DNA of 64,000 bases, from NCBI GenBank assembly GCA_964570375.1, contig CAZMYA010000018.1, positions 13,137 through 77,136 on the forward strand, read 5' to 3'. A program made the translations under genes and the position numbers. Each line of letters begins with the position of its first letter. The stretch's first letter is position 1. Positions 9,923 through 19,878 of the stretch are shown here, in pieces. The DNA is from an uncultured Ignavibacterium sp. (lineage in GTDB: Bacteria; Bacteroidota; Ignavibacteria; Ignavibacteriales; Ignavibacteriaceae). Below the pieces are notes generated by a model, which saw only the letters and a list, made by a program, of their open reading frames with translations, was not told the DNA's origin and did not search any database.

Positions 9923-10171
9923 TTATTTACTGATTTGATAAACTATTTTTCTAATAGTATCAAACTGCAAATATGGATATTCTTCACGAATTGCGTCAAT
10001 AGCGTCCCCTGCACTTACTTTACCCGATCTTAATTGTTTAAATTTTTTACGAATCTGATAATCTCTCACAGCTTTTTCATCAATTAAGCCATGTGATGCA
10101 AGTAACTCATAAATATCATCACTAATAAGCTCGGATAATGGATTTTCGATTTTAGCTCTTATTTCTTTCAT
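9923..10171 (-). CDS. small hypothetical protein with C-terminal HTH-like segment (Mor / sigma-70 region 4-like)
   Basis: 82 aa with a strong RBS (AAAGGAGGAAAATATC-ATG). 'AIDAIREEYPYLQFDTIRKIVYQ' resembles a helix-turn-helix. Function unknown. Confidence 0.6.
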   Translation of the reverse strand: MKEIRAKIENPLSELISDDIYELLASHGLIDEKAVRDYQIRKKFKQLRSGKVSAGDAIDAIREEYPYLQFDTIRKIVYQISK

Positions 10172-10898
10172 GATATTTTCCTCCTTTGTTAATGAAAATC
10201 AGTCACCTTAAAAATCGTATCAACCTTAATATAATTGACCTCCATGAAACTGTTTGTGATGATAACAAAAAACCGACCAGAGAAACTCCCTAAATCGGTA
10301 CACTTTGCTACTCTGGTTAACTTTCTTAAAACTTCTATTTAGACGAACGAAAATTAAAAACGTAGCAAACTAACAATAAATTAATCCTTTTTGTTTATTT
10401 CTGATGCAAATATTGAGAGAAAAAGTTGGAATGTCAAGGATTGAATCTAATAAATAATGTTATAAAATCATCTAAAATAAATTTACTATAGAACCACTTA
10501 TTTTTGTAAAATATTTTGACTAAAATAAGATATAATTATGAATTTTTATTAAGGTAAAAAATTTTGTTGTTGATGAAGATTGATCTAGGAACTTGGAAGC
10601 AGTTGTTGCTTATAGTTATTGTTACTCAGTCAATAGTCATTTTAGGATTAGCAAGAATCTAATTTAGAGATTTGATTTAAGAATAATTTTTTTGATGATT
10701 CATAAATTGAAAATTTTGGAATATTAGAACCTCAGATATTCAATGCTACTCATTTTAAGCATAAAAGTATATTATATGCAACTAATTTCTAAAGCTTATT
10801 CTAACTAATATTACAAAATATCATTACACTATGTTTAAATAATACATTATATTATTTTAGTTACATAAGTTTTTTGCTCATTAGTTCAATGGGAGATT

Positions 10899-13106
10899 TT
10901 GATTATGCACATCTTTACTTCAGCTCTTCGTACTATAATCTTCATTTCTTTTCTATTCTTATTTGTAGTTTTATCAGTAAGTAAAGCACAAAATTTAAAT
11001 ACTGATAAGTTTAAATATCTTTTTCCTGTTCCTAACTCCAAATTAAATTCTACAGAGTCGAATATAATCATCAGATATGATAAACCTTTTAAAAATTATG
11101 GATCTGAAAACAACCTAGTAGTCAAAGGAAATAAAAGTGGGGTTCATAAAGGTAAAATAGTATTGACAGAAAATGATAGAACACTCATCTTCAAACCTGA
11201 ATACAAATTTGCAGATGATGAGACAGTTACTGTCGAAATAATAAAAGGCTTAGAGACTTTATCAAATAAACAGATTCCAAGTTTGAGATATTCATTTGAA
11301 ACATCAAAAGTTAATTTGAATAAAGAAATAAAGTCTGATCAAAAAAAATCGTTCCAACCTCTAAGCTCAGAAGTAAACTTTTACAGTGACCAGTCTCTAC
11401 AAAAAAGCAATAGTAATTCAAAAATTTTTAACTGGGTTAACAGTACTATTCAGCATGATTCACTTCCAAACGATTTCCCTCAATTAGTGGTTGATTCTAT
11501 AGACAATCCAACCCCTGGATTCATTTTTTTCACCCCTTTTGGGATGCCTAACTTTTTGCCAAACTATTTAATCATTACTGACAATTATGGTGTGCCAGTA
11601 TTTTATCGCAAAATGAAAAATGCAGCGTTTGACTTTAAAAAAGTAAACGACAGCACACTTGCATATTTTGATTATGGAAAAGTATTTCAGCATTATCTAT
11701 TGAACAGTTCTTATGATATAGTTGATAGTATATCGTTACAAAATGGTTATCCAACTGATTAACATGAATTTGTGATGCTCGATAATAAGCATACGCTTCA
11801 ATTGTGTTATGATTATCAAAAAGTACGGATGGATACAATTGTTGATGGTGGGGACTCGAATGCAACTGTGATTGGAATTATTATTCAGGAACAAGATGAA
11901 AATAAAAATGTAGTATTTCAATGGAGAAGTTGGGACCATTATAAAATTACTGACGCAACTAATGATATAAATCTAACTGCTTCACTTATTGATTATGCCC
12001 ATAGTAATTCTATTGAAGTAGACTACGATGGAAATATTCTTCTATCAACCAGGCACTTAGACGAGATTACAAAAATAAATAGAACCACTGGTGAAATTAT
12101 TTGGAGGCTTGGAGGTGAATATTGTAAAAATAATCAGTTTACTTTTTTAAATGATCCAATAGGCTTTTCACATCAGCACGATGTACGTAGATTACCAAAC
12201 GGTAATATTACACTTTTTGATAATGGCAATCTTCATTCACCACAATTTACCAGGATTGTTGAATATCAGGTTGATGAAGTAAATAAACTTGTTTCATTAG
12301 TATGGGAATATAGGAATGATCCTGAAATTTATGCAGGGGCGATGGGTAGTGCACAGAGATTAGACAACCACAACACTTTTATTGGATGGGGCTTTTCCAG
12401 GGCATTATCTATATCAGAGGTGGGTGCTGATAAAACAGTTAAATTTCATCTAACACTTCCTGACACATTACTGAATTACAGAGCTTCTAAGTTTCCTTGG
12501 AAAACAAACCTATTTGTAACAGATCCCGAAGACCTTTATTTTGGATATGTGCCGACTGGTGATTCACTGATAAAATCCTTAAAGATTATAAATAATTCTG
12601 ATAAACAAATAGAAATAAATGGCTTACTTAATAGAGATTCAGCTTTTACTGTCATTACACCTCTTCCAATAACAATTGATGCTTACAAAGACTAAACAAT
12701 TCAGGTAAAATTTAAACCAAATTTCTCAAATACTTACTCAGATAAACTTTATTTACAATGGAACCATGATAATGAGAGAATGACACAGATAGTACCTTTA
12801 GCAGGGACCATTATTTCCTCAATTGAACCAGATTTGAGTAAAATAAATTATACTTTGGATCAAAATTATCCGAATCCATTTAACCCAACCACCCAAATTA
12901 GATATTCAATTCCTAAAACAGCTTTGGTATCAATTAAAGTTTATGATATTCTTGGGAAAGAAGTTGCAACGCTGGTTAATGAAGCCAAATCCCCCGGGGA
13001 TTATAAGGTTGAATTTAATGGAAATAGTTTAGCAAGCGGAATTTATTTTTACCGTTTGCAAGCCGGAGATTTTGTGCAAACAAAAAAGATGATTTTACTA
13101 CGTTAA
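10899..13106 (+). pseudogene. arylsulfotransferase (ASST)-family secreted protein with T9SS C-terminal sorting domain, interrupted by two in-frame TAA codons
   Basis: ORFs 10899..11762, 11772..12695 and 12780..13106 share one reading frame. They are separated only by TAA at 11760-11762 and 12693-12695. Features present: signal peptide, 'FSHQHDVRRLPNGNITLFDNGN' ASST-like motif, C-terminal 'QNYPNPFNPTTQI' tail. The probable true start is ATG 10905 (GGGAG lies 9 nt upstream). Confidence 0.7.
12861..13106 (+). repeat. T9SS C-terminal-domain coding segment, copy A (paralogous to 15137..15382)
   Basis: 246 nt, colinear with copy B without gaps. About 80 percent nucleotide identity by eye, including an identical run 'GGAATTTATTTTTACCGTTTGCAAGC'. 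Confidence 0.8.
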
Positions 13107-13300
13107 AACTTAAAAGGACGATGCTACTTTGTCGAAACTTTGCAGAAGTTAATGTTATCGAGTACAGAGAATTGAAGCCAGGCTTTGCACGATTATCAAT
13201 AATATCCGTGAGAGATTTCATATTCTTACTACCAACAAATAATTGTTTACTTCTCTTTTATAATTAGTTAAATTTAAAATATATTGCTGGCAGAATAATT

Positions 13301-15382
13301 ATGAAGCAGTTGTTTACTTTTACTTTTTTATTTCTTCTCGTCTGTTTACCTACCAATGCACAAGAAAGCTGGTTCCAACAAAATCCGATTTTCACAGGAA
13401 CAGTTTTTCACGATGTAGAAATTATAGATAGTACAACAGCATTTGCGGTTGGTAACAATGGAATGATAGTCAAAATTTCAATTCAAGAAAATGTTTTATC
13501 ACAGTTAAGGAGCGGAACAATTAGTGAGTTATTTTCAGTTTGTATGGTTAGTTCAAATATTGGATGGATTGTTGGTGAAAATGGAGTAATTCTTAAAACT
13601 TCTAATGGGGGCGTTAACTGGGATATTCAGTCGTCTGGAACGAAAAGTAGGTTGCGGGATGTTTATTTTATTAACCCGAACACAGGTTGGATTGTGGGAG
13701 ATAATGGAACTATACTTAAAACAAGTGACGCTGGTTTAAATTGGATATCAAAATCATATGAAAATTATAGTTTTAGATCGATATTTTTTAACGATAGCTT
13801 AAATGGTTGGATTGTTGGTTTAAATGGTATTTCATTAAAAACAACTGATGGTGGAGGAAATTGGACGCAATTTACAGTTACTCAGCAATCAATGGTTTCA
13901 ATTCAGTTTATTAATACAAATATAGGCTGGATTTGTGGTTTTAACGGAGAAATATTCAAAACTACGGATAAAGGCTTAACATGGGTTCCAAAAATTATCA
14001 ATAGTGACAAAGTTTTTTTATCAATGTTTTTTATTGATGAAAGTCATGGTTGGATCACTGGAACTTTTGGGGATTTGCTCTGGACGAATAATGGCGGAGA
14101 TGATTGGAATGTACAGAACATATTTGGTGAATATTTTAATGCCATAAAATTCTACAATGAGAAAAATGGGATAGTATGCGGTGATGGAAATTCAATTTTC
14201 AAATCAGTAGATGGGGGAACTCAATGGAAAGCCTTTGATACAGGGCAGAATACAGACAGTTTCAAATCTGTATTTTTTATTAATCAATATAAGGGGTGGG
14301 TCGCTGGAGAGAATGGATCAATTTTATCTACAATCGATGGGGGCAGTAAATGGCAGCAACAAAACAGTGGAGTTAGTGATTATTTATTTTCAATTCATTT
14401 CATAAGTGAAAATCTTGGTTGGACTGTTGGGGAAAACGGAACGATACTTAAGACTACAAATGGTGGTTTGAATTGGGAAAATATATCTTTGAATTCATCA
14501 AGTTTTTTGAACTCGGTTTATTTTATAGATAGTAATATTGGTTGGATTGTTGGCACACAAAATTTGATTTTAAAAACGACAGATGGCGGAGTAAGCTGGG
14601 TTAACAAAAACAATGGGATAACAGACGATTGGATAAAGTCAGTTTACTTTACGGATCAATATACGGGTTGGATTATAGGATATGGAACGGGAGCATATAA
14701 AACTACAGATGGTGGAGATAATTGGAAGTACATCAATGTGTCGGATGGGGACTTCCTTAGTACGATGTATTTTAATGATGCTAATAATGGATGGATGGGA
14801 ACTAGTGGTTACACAATTTATATTACAACAAATGGAGGAACAAACTGGGAACGCCGGTCGATACCTGCTCGCTATACTTTTTCAATATACTTTATTGATA
14901 ATAATGGTTGGGCCGTAAGTTATGATGGAAATATAATTCACTCTTCAGATAATGGAGAATCCTGGACTATTCAATACAGTACAACCACTTCAAGTCTTAA
15001 TTCTGTATGTTTTGTAAATGATCAAATAGGTTGGGTTGTTGGTGATAATGGGTTAATATTGAAGACTATAAATAGTGGCGGTATAACATCGATGAGGGGA
15101 GAGGGGACTAAAACTTTGAAAAGTTTTATATTATATCAAAACTATCCAAATCCATTTAACCCAACTACCCAAATAAAATATTCTATTCCTAAAACTTCTT
15201 TGGTAACAATTAAGGTTTATGATATACTTGGGAAAGAAATTACAACATTGGTTAACGAAGAAAAATCTCCTGGAAATTATGATGTCGATTTTGGCGGGAA
15301 AAATTTTGCAAGTGGAATTTATTTTTACCGTTTGCAAGCAGGAGATTTTGTAGAAACTAAGAAGATGATATTGATGAAATAA
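13301..15382 (+). CDS. secreted BNR/Ycf48-like beta-propeller repeat protein with T9SS C-terminal sorting domain
   Basis: Signal peptide, then about 13 tandem roughly 40-aa blades of the form 'GW.VG..G.ILKTTDGG.NW', then a C-terminal 'QNYPNPFNPTTQIKYSIP...GIYFYRLQAGDF' tail. Confidence 0.85.
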   Translation: MKQLFTFTFLFLLVCLPTNAQESWFQQNPIFTGTVFHDVEIIDSTTAFAVGNNGMIVKISIQENVLSQLRSGTISELFSVCMVSSNIGWIVGENGVILKTSNGGVNWDIQSSGTKSRLRDVYFINPNTGWIVGDNGTILKTSDAGLNWISKSYENYSFRSIFFNDSLNGWIVGLNGISLKTTDGGGNWTQFTVTQQSMVSIQFINTNIGWICGFNGEIFKTTDKGLTWVPKIINSDKVFLSMFFIDESHGWITGTFGDLLWTNNGGDDWNVQNIFGEYFNAIKFYNEKNGIVCGDGNSIFKSVDGGTQWKAFDTGQNTDSFKSVFFINQYKGWVAGENGSILSTIDGGSKWQQQNSGVSDYLFSIHFISENLGWTVGENGTILKTTNGGLNWENISLNSSSFLNSVYFIDSNIGWIVGTQNLILKTTDGGVSWVNKNNGITDDWIKSVYFTDQYTGWIIGYGTGAYKTTDGGDNWKYINVSDGDFLSTMYFNDANNGWMGTSGYTIYITTNGGTNWERRSIPARYTFSIYFIDNNGWAVSYDGNIIHSSDNGESWTIQYSTTTSSLNSVCFVNDQIGWVVGDNGLILKTINSGGITSMRGEGTKTLKSFILYQNYPNPFNPTTQIKYSIPKTSLVTIKVYDILGKEITTLVNEEKSPGNYDVDFGGKNFASGIYFYRLQAGDFVETKKMILMK
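15137..15382 (+). repeat. T9SS C-terminal-domain coding segment, copy B
   Basis: See copy A at 12861..13106. Confidence 0.8.
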
Positions 15383-15423
15383 ATCAGATTGAATTTAAAA
15401 AAACTGAAGTATGTAGCAAATTC

Positions 15424-17652
15424 ATGAATAAGTTAAAAATGTCCCTATTTATTTTAATTATTCTATCCGCAGCATGCCTGATTCAAGTAAAAGCCCAATC
15501 TTCACCTATGCCAACTACTGCATCTGGTACAAATGCTATCAGTTATAATGATACCGATAAAAAATTTTATTTTCTTTATAATGATAACCCGCTATATTCA
15601 TATTTAGTCGGAACAGATGGTGCATTCAATAAGAATGGAGGAACTCTAAATGGTATTCAAGCCAAGGCAACAAACGACGTTTGGTTTTGGCCAAGTAATG
15701 CGGGCGGTGTCACAGCATTTTTAGGGGGTAAGGATAGAGTACCGTGGGATGAAAATATCACTTATACCTTATTAGGGGATCCTAAAATAGAAGATAATGT
15801 ACTTCAAGTAGTTTGGAGAATGAACTACAATCTTGGAACCACCGATGATTATTTAGATTATAGCTACAAACTTCAAATTTCCGGCAAAACTTTAATAATA
15901 ACTGTGGATGTTCGGAATAATTCTGTAAAAGCCACAGGAATAAATTTTGACAGATGTGAAAATGCATACAACAAAAATGTTGTTATTGTACCTTTTCTTA
16001 ATTTATTCAATTTGCTTTATTCTAATGATTGTTACACTTCTTTATTTGTTGATTGGGAATTTACCAGTGCTTCAACAATATATCCTTTAGATCCTTGGGA
16101 ATATAATGTCCCGGATTTTGTTTCTAAAAATTCTGCAAGATACACACAACATATTGCTTATAAGAAGAAAACTAATGGACTTCGAAATCCTCTTAAAGAA
16201 AAAATATATTTAACTGTCTCATCAAATATTGATGAGGTTTTACCAAATTTACCAGGCCCAATTGCTGCATTGAGAAACCAGGCAGCTAGTAAAACAGTTT
16301 TATCTTACGGGCCACCCTATCCTTGGTTGTTGTGGTCAAACCGTGATTATAAATATCGTTATTTGGATAGTCTTAAAAATAGAGGTGTCGAAGACCTTAA
16401 TGTTATAATCAAGCAATATCAGTACTATGGTTTTGACATGAAACTGCCCGATGTATTAAAAAATGGTCAACCTGCAAATTTTGATTATTACACCTGTGAT
16501 AGTGTAAAAGCTGGGGGGCAGGGAAGCAGGCAACATCTGATTGAGCTGAGAAATCATATTGTAAATGATTTAGGTTATGGCTTTGCATTACACGAACAAT
16601 ATGTGGATTTGTATAAAAATTCACCTTCATACTTAGTAACTATGGAGGCAAAGAAATCACCAGATAATGGAAATGGAGCAGTTCTTAATTGGATCAATTG
16701 TGAACCTGAAACAGCTCACGTATTTAAATCATTTTATTCTCTATCAGAAACCAGACTTTGGTCATCAAAGCTGAAAGATTTCTTACCAACTTGGAGTTAC
16801 CTAGATGTTCATTCCGCCGCAAATCCATCTAATTTTGTAGATTATGATTACAATTCAGAGGGAGCAGGGTATTTCAAGTATTTGTTAGATCAATATCGAC
16901 TAATTCCGGCAATATTAAAATCAAACTATGGGACTAACGCTGTGGTTCAAGGAGAGGGTGGAAAAGGTCTTATGTTGTATGCCGGGTACTTTGATGATCT
17001 CGAAGCCAGATTGCTTACTGCAAATTATAAAATTTATGGTTATTCAGCACCTCTCTTCATTGATTTCGCAGTTCGTAAGATCAAACCAAAATCTTCCTTA
17101 CATGGGTTAGGACATTGTGGAAGTTTCTTTGCTGATTGTCCTGAAAATAATTGTGAAAATAAACATGCCAGTTTAAATCGGAATGAATTATTATTATACA
17201 TTGCAACAGAATTGGCATATGGTAATAGTGGATTAATAACAAAGGGAAATATTATAGATCATACTATTGAACAGGCTGTTTTAGAGACTAGTCATGTTTT
17301 ACCACTTGCAAAAGCTATTTTAAATGCGAAGTTTTTAACAATTGAGTATGGAGACTCTTTACTAACTGCTTCAGATTATATCAAACGGCATCCTAATTTT
17401 GCGGATATAAAAAATCAATCTGATTTTATGGGCAAAGTCAAGGTTACTTATGATAATGGAATAATTGTATTTGTTAATAGGCATCCAACAGAATCCTGGA
17501 TAGTAAATGTAGGGACTCCAAATAAATGGTTTAGTTATAATGCAATTATAAATGGCCGTGAGGAATTATACTCAGGGAAATCAGATAACACTAACTATAC
17601 ACTGCCGCCACAAAATGGTTGGGTTGTCTATTATCCAACAAGAAATAATTAA
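15424..17652 (+). CDS. secreted hypothetical protein, 742 aa (possible glycoside-hydrolase-like architecture; no family recognised)
   Basis: Clear signal peptide ('LSAACLIQVKAQ') and a long uninterrupted ORF, with no T9SS tail. The layout (N-terminal beta-rich region, central region, C-terminal beta-sandwich-like tail) is only a guess. Confidence 0.75.
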   Translation: MNKLKMSLFILIILSAACLIQVKAQSSPMPTTASGTNAISYNDTDKKFYFLYNDNPLYSYLVGTDGAFNKNGGTLNGIQAKATNDVWFWPSNAGGVTAFLGGKDRVPWDENITYTLLGDPKIEDNVLQVVWRMNYNLGTTDDYLDYSYKLQISGKTLIITVDVRNNSVKATGINFDRCENAYNKNVVIVPFLNLFNLLYSNDCYTSLFVDWEFTSASTIYPLDPWEYNVPDFVSKNSARYTQHIAYKKKTNGLRNPLKEKIYLTVSSNIDEVLPNLPGPIAALRNQAASKTVLSYGPPYPWLLWSNRDYKYRYLDSLKNRGVEDLNVIIKQYQYYGFDMKLPDVLKNGQPANFDYYTCDSVKAGGQGSRQHLIELRNHIVNDLGYGFALHEQYVDLYKNSPSYLVTMEAKKSPDNGNGAVLNWINCEPETAHVFKSFYSLSETRLWSSKLKDFLPTWSYLDVHSAANPSNFVDYDYNSEGAGYFKYLLDQYRLIPAILKSNYGTNAVVQGEGGKGLMLYAGYFDDLEARLLTANYKIYGYSAPLFIDFAVRKIKPKSSLHGLGHCGSFFADCPENNCENKHASLNRNELLLYIATELAYGNSGLITKGNIIDHTIEQAVLETSHVLPLAKAILNAKFLTIEYGDSLLTASDYIKRHPNFADIKNQSDFMGKVKVTYDNGIIVFVNRHPTESWIVNVGTPNKWFSYNAIINGREELYSGKSDNTNYTLPPQNGWVVYYPTRNN

Positions 17653-17682
17653 AGTACTTTTTGGAAAAAATACACGAATGAA

Positions 17683-18609
17683 TTAGCGGTTAAATAAAAA
17701 AATCTTAACTCCATCAACATTACCTTTTATTAAAGAACTTATTCTTTTTTTTTTATTACCATCATCCTCTTGTAACATCATATTAGAGACTATAGAAAAA
17801 GTTTTAACAAAACTGACTAAAAATGAATAAAATAAAATATAAGTTTTTACGAGTATACTATATTTTTTAAAATATAAGTACCTATTTCTTGTATAGTAGT
17901 AATAATACAAAGGCGAATGATTTTTCCAGTTTGATCCTGCTCCACCTTTATGATAAATAACTGACTTTGGTGTGTAGTAAATCTTAAAGTATTTCCGTAC
18001 ACGATCTGAAAACTCCAGATCTTCGAAGTACATAAAAAAAATTTCATTCAATAAACCAGCTTTTTCAAAAACTTCCTTCTTTGCCAGAAGGCAGGAGCCC
18101 TCCGCCAAAGTGATTTCTCGAATCTCGTTAGCAAATAAATTGGCATCTTTTCCCTGAAAAGCTGCAACTCCGGCACCTCTAAATAGTTTAAAATCAGCAC
18201 CTGCACAATATATTTTTTCTCTATCGTTGGAATATAAAACCTTAGGTGAAACAATTCCTATTGATTGATTACTCTGAATAAGTTCAAGCATTGGCCCTAA
18301 AAAATCAGGAGGATATTCAATATCATTGTTTGATAGGATTATATAATCAGCAGAATTTTCGAGTGCATATTTTATTCCAAGGTTCATGCCCCCAGCATAT
18401 CCTTTATTTATATCTGAAATCAATAATGGTAATTGAGTGTATTTCTGTTTAAATAAAGCTACGCTGTTATCATTAGAATGATTATCAACGATAACAATTT
18501 TTAATCTATTATCATTTACGGCTAGTAAAGATTGAATACATTTATCGGTATCCTCAAAATTATTCCAGTTTAGAATTATCACATGTATTTTTGGTGATAT
18601 TTGATTCAA
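17683..18609 (-). CDS. glycosyltransferase family 2
   Basis: 'IHVIILNWNNFEDT', 'VIVDNHSNDNS' and 'EDLEFSDR' (DXD/ED) motifs. Confidence 0.85.
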   Translation of the reverse strand: MNQISPKIHVIILNWNNFEDTDKCIQSLLAVNDNRLKIVIVDNHSNDNSVALFKQKYTQLPLLISDINKGYAGGMNLGIKYALENSADYIILSNNDIEYPPDFLGPMLELIQSNQSIGIVSPKVLYSNDREKIYCAGADFKLFRGAGVAAFQGKDANLFANEIREITLAEGSCLLAKKEVFEKAGLLNEIFFMYFEDLEFSDRVRKYFKIYYTPKSVIYHKGGAGSNWKNHSPLYYYYYTRNRYLYFKKYSILVKTYILFYSFLVSFVKTFSIVSNMMLQEDDGNKKKRISSLIKGNVDGVKIFLFNR

Positions 18610-19877
18610 GATCTAACTTCTGTTTGATTGTTCAAAGGAGGTCTTGATATAACTCTGGCAATTATATAAAGTACTACCAGATTAGAAACGAAGTGTAACC
18701 ATCCGAGCATATTAACAAAAAATGAGAATAGGATAACAAAAAGAAATGCTCCATAGAGTGTTACTGCACTTAGACTAGGGTTCTTCTTTAAATTATAATA
18801 ACTCAAAGCTATTATAATACCCCAAATGAATGGTAGAAAAGTTAGTCCAAAGATTCCAAAATCCCGATACCATTCAAAGAACATCGTATAAGTATTGTAG
18901 TTTGATGTAATTAAATATGGAAATTTTTCTATATCCAGATATTCTTCTAATGGATGTTTTAATTGAATTAGTGAAAGAATGGGATTAAATGTAAAATATC
19001 CCAAAGTGTGTTTTGTATATCGTTCGACAGCATAAACAAAGTTTTCAACGTTCATTGCGAAGTACATGTAAGGTTCTGTAAAAACTGCATACTTTACACT
19101 GTATTTCATTCCCGATATATAGTAAACAAGATGAGAGATAAATTTACTTGCTCTGAAAGTAGAGATTCCATATAGAATTGTGAGCAAAAAAGATCCAAAA
19201 ATTAATAGATTTTTAAATTTTAATTTTGTTGTTGCATAATAAAGGTAGGCAAGTAGAACTATTAACCAATAGACTATATCGAATCTATGAAGCACTAATA
19301 AGTTAAGTAAAAAAGTAAGTATGGCAATACTAAGTACAATTAATCTTTTTGAAAAAGATTTCTTTTCATAGAAAAAATAAATTGAACAAAAGAATAGAAT
19401 CGGAGGTAATCCATGAGTAATGAGTCCAAACCCGAATACACCTGTCCATTGTGTCCTGATTTCGGGACGGGGAGATAAAGCAGGAACGAAACCCATTAGT
19501 GCAAAACTTACCAAAAAAGATATTACATAAAGAACAAATGCTATTATTAAAATATTAAAAAGTAAGTCGCTATTTATAATTTGCTTTCCAATTATCTCTC
19601 TTGTTTGTTTAATGGTTTTTAATTGTTTATCAGAATTTATAACATAGACTATAAAAAATCCGGCAAGAAATGATAGAAGAGTTAAAAGTAACATCAGCCA
19701 TCCGTATCCGCTCCATTCTTTCTGGAAAACACTTAGCTTAAGGTTAGTAATCCCAATTGCAAAACTCCAAATCAGAATAAATAGTCTTGAAGGGGATAGC
19801 AAATCAATGTTTCTATTCAGAAATGTGAAAAGAAATACGAAAAATATTAATAAACTAAATAATGCAACTAATAACAT
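18606..19877 (-). CDS. oligosaccharide repeat-unit polymerase (Wzy-like) membrane protein
   Basis: 423 aa with more than 10 predicted TM helices. It sits between the Wzx and GT2 genes and overlaps its neighbour by 4 nt. Confidence 0.6.
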   Translation of the reverse strand: MLLVALFSLLIFFVFLFTFLNRNIDLLSPSRLFILIWSFAIGITNLKLSVFQKEWSGYGWLMLLLTLLSFLAGFFIVYVINSDKQLKTIKQTREIIGKQIINSDLLFNILIIAFVLYVISFLVSFALMGFVPALSPRPEIRTQWTGVFGFGLITHGLPPILFFCSIYFFYEKKSFSKRLIVLSIAILTFLLNLLVLHRFDIVYWLIVLLAYLYYATTKLKFKNLLIFGSFLLTILYGISTFRASKFISHLVYYISGMKYSVKYAVFTEPYMYFAMNVENFVYAVERYTKHTLGYFTFNPILSLIQLKHPLEEYLDIEKFPYLITSNYNTYTMFFEWYRDFGIFGLTFLPFIWGIIIALSYYNLKKNPSLSAVTLYGAFLFVILFSFFVNMLGWLHFVSNLVVLYIIARVISRPPLNNQTEVRS

Positions 19878-19878
19878 C

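Noticed and set aside
10276-10317. Hairpin followed (on the minus strand) by CGGTTTTTT, considered as an intrinsic terminator or riboswitch expression platform in the leader of the 82-aa gene.
   Set aside because: The stem has only 7 bp, the loop is a 28-nt unstructured stretch, and a 3-nt gap precedes the U-tract. That is too weak to call. It is mentioned only within the long-spacer finding.
10899-13106. The two in-frame TAA codons read as evidence for stop-codon reassignment or programmed read-through.
   Set aside because: TAA terminates many well-defined genes in this window at positions matching conserved C-termini, for example the acylase at 1974-1976 and the PGT at 27632-27634. A global reassignment is therefore excluded. 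No read-through signal is known for TAA in bacteria, so a pseudogene or sequence error is the parsimonious reading.
13015-13221. 68-aa minus-strand ORF spanning the end of the ASST-like gene and the following spacer.
   Set aside because: It overlaps the conserved T9SS tail coding sequence on the opposite strand, has no RBS and no recognisable features. It is likely spurious.
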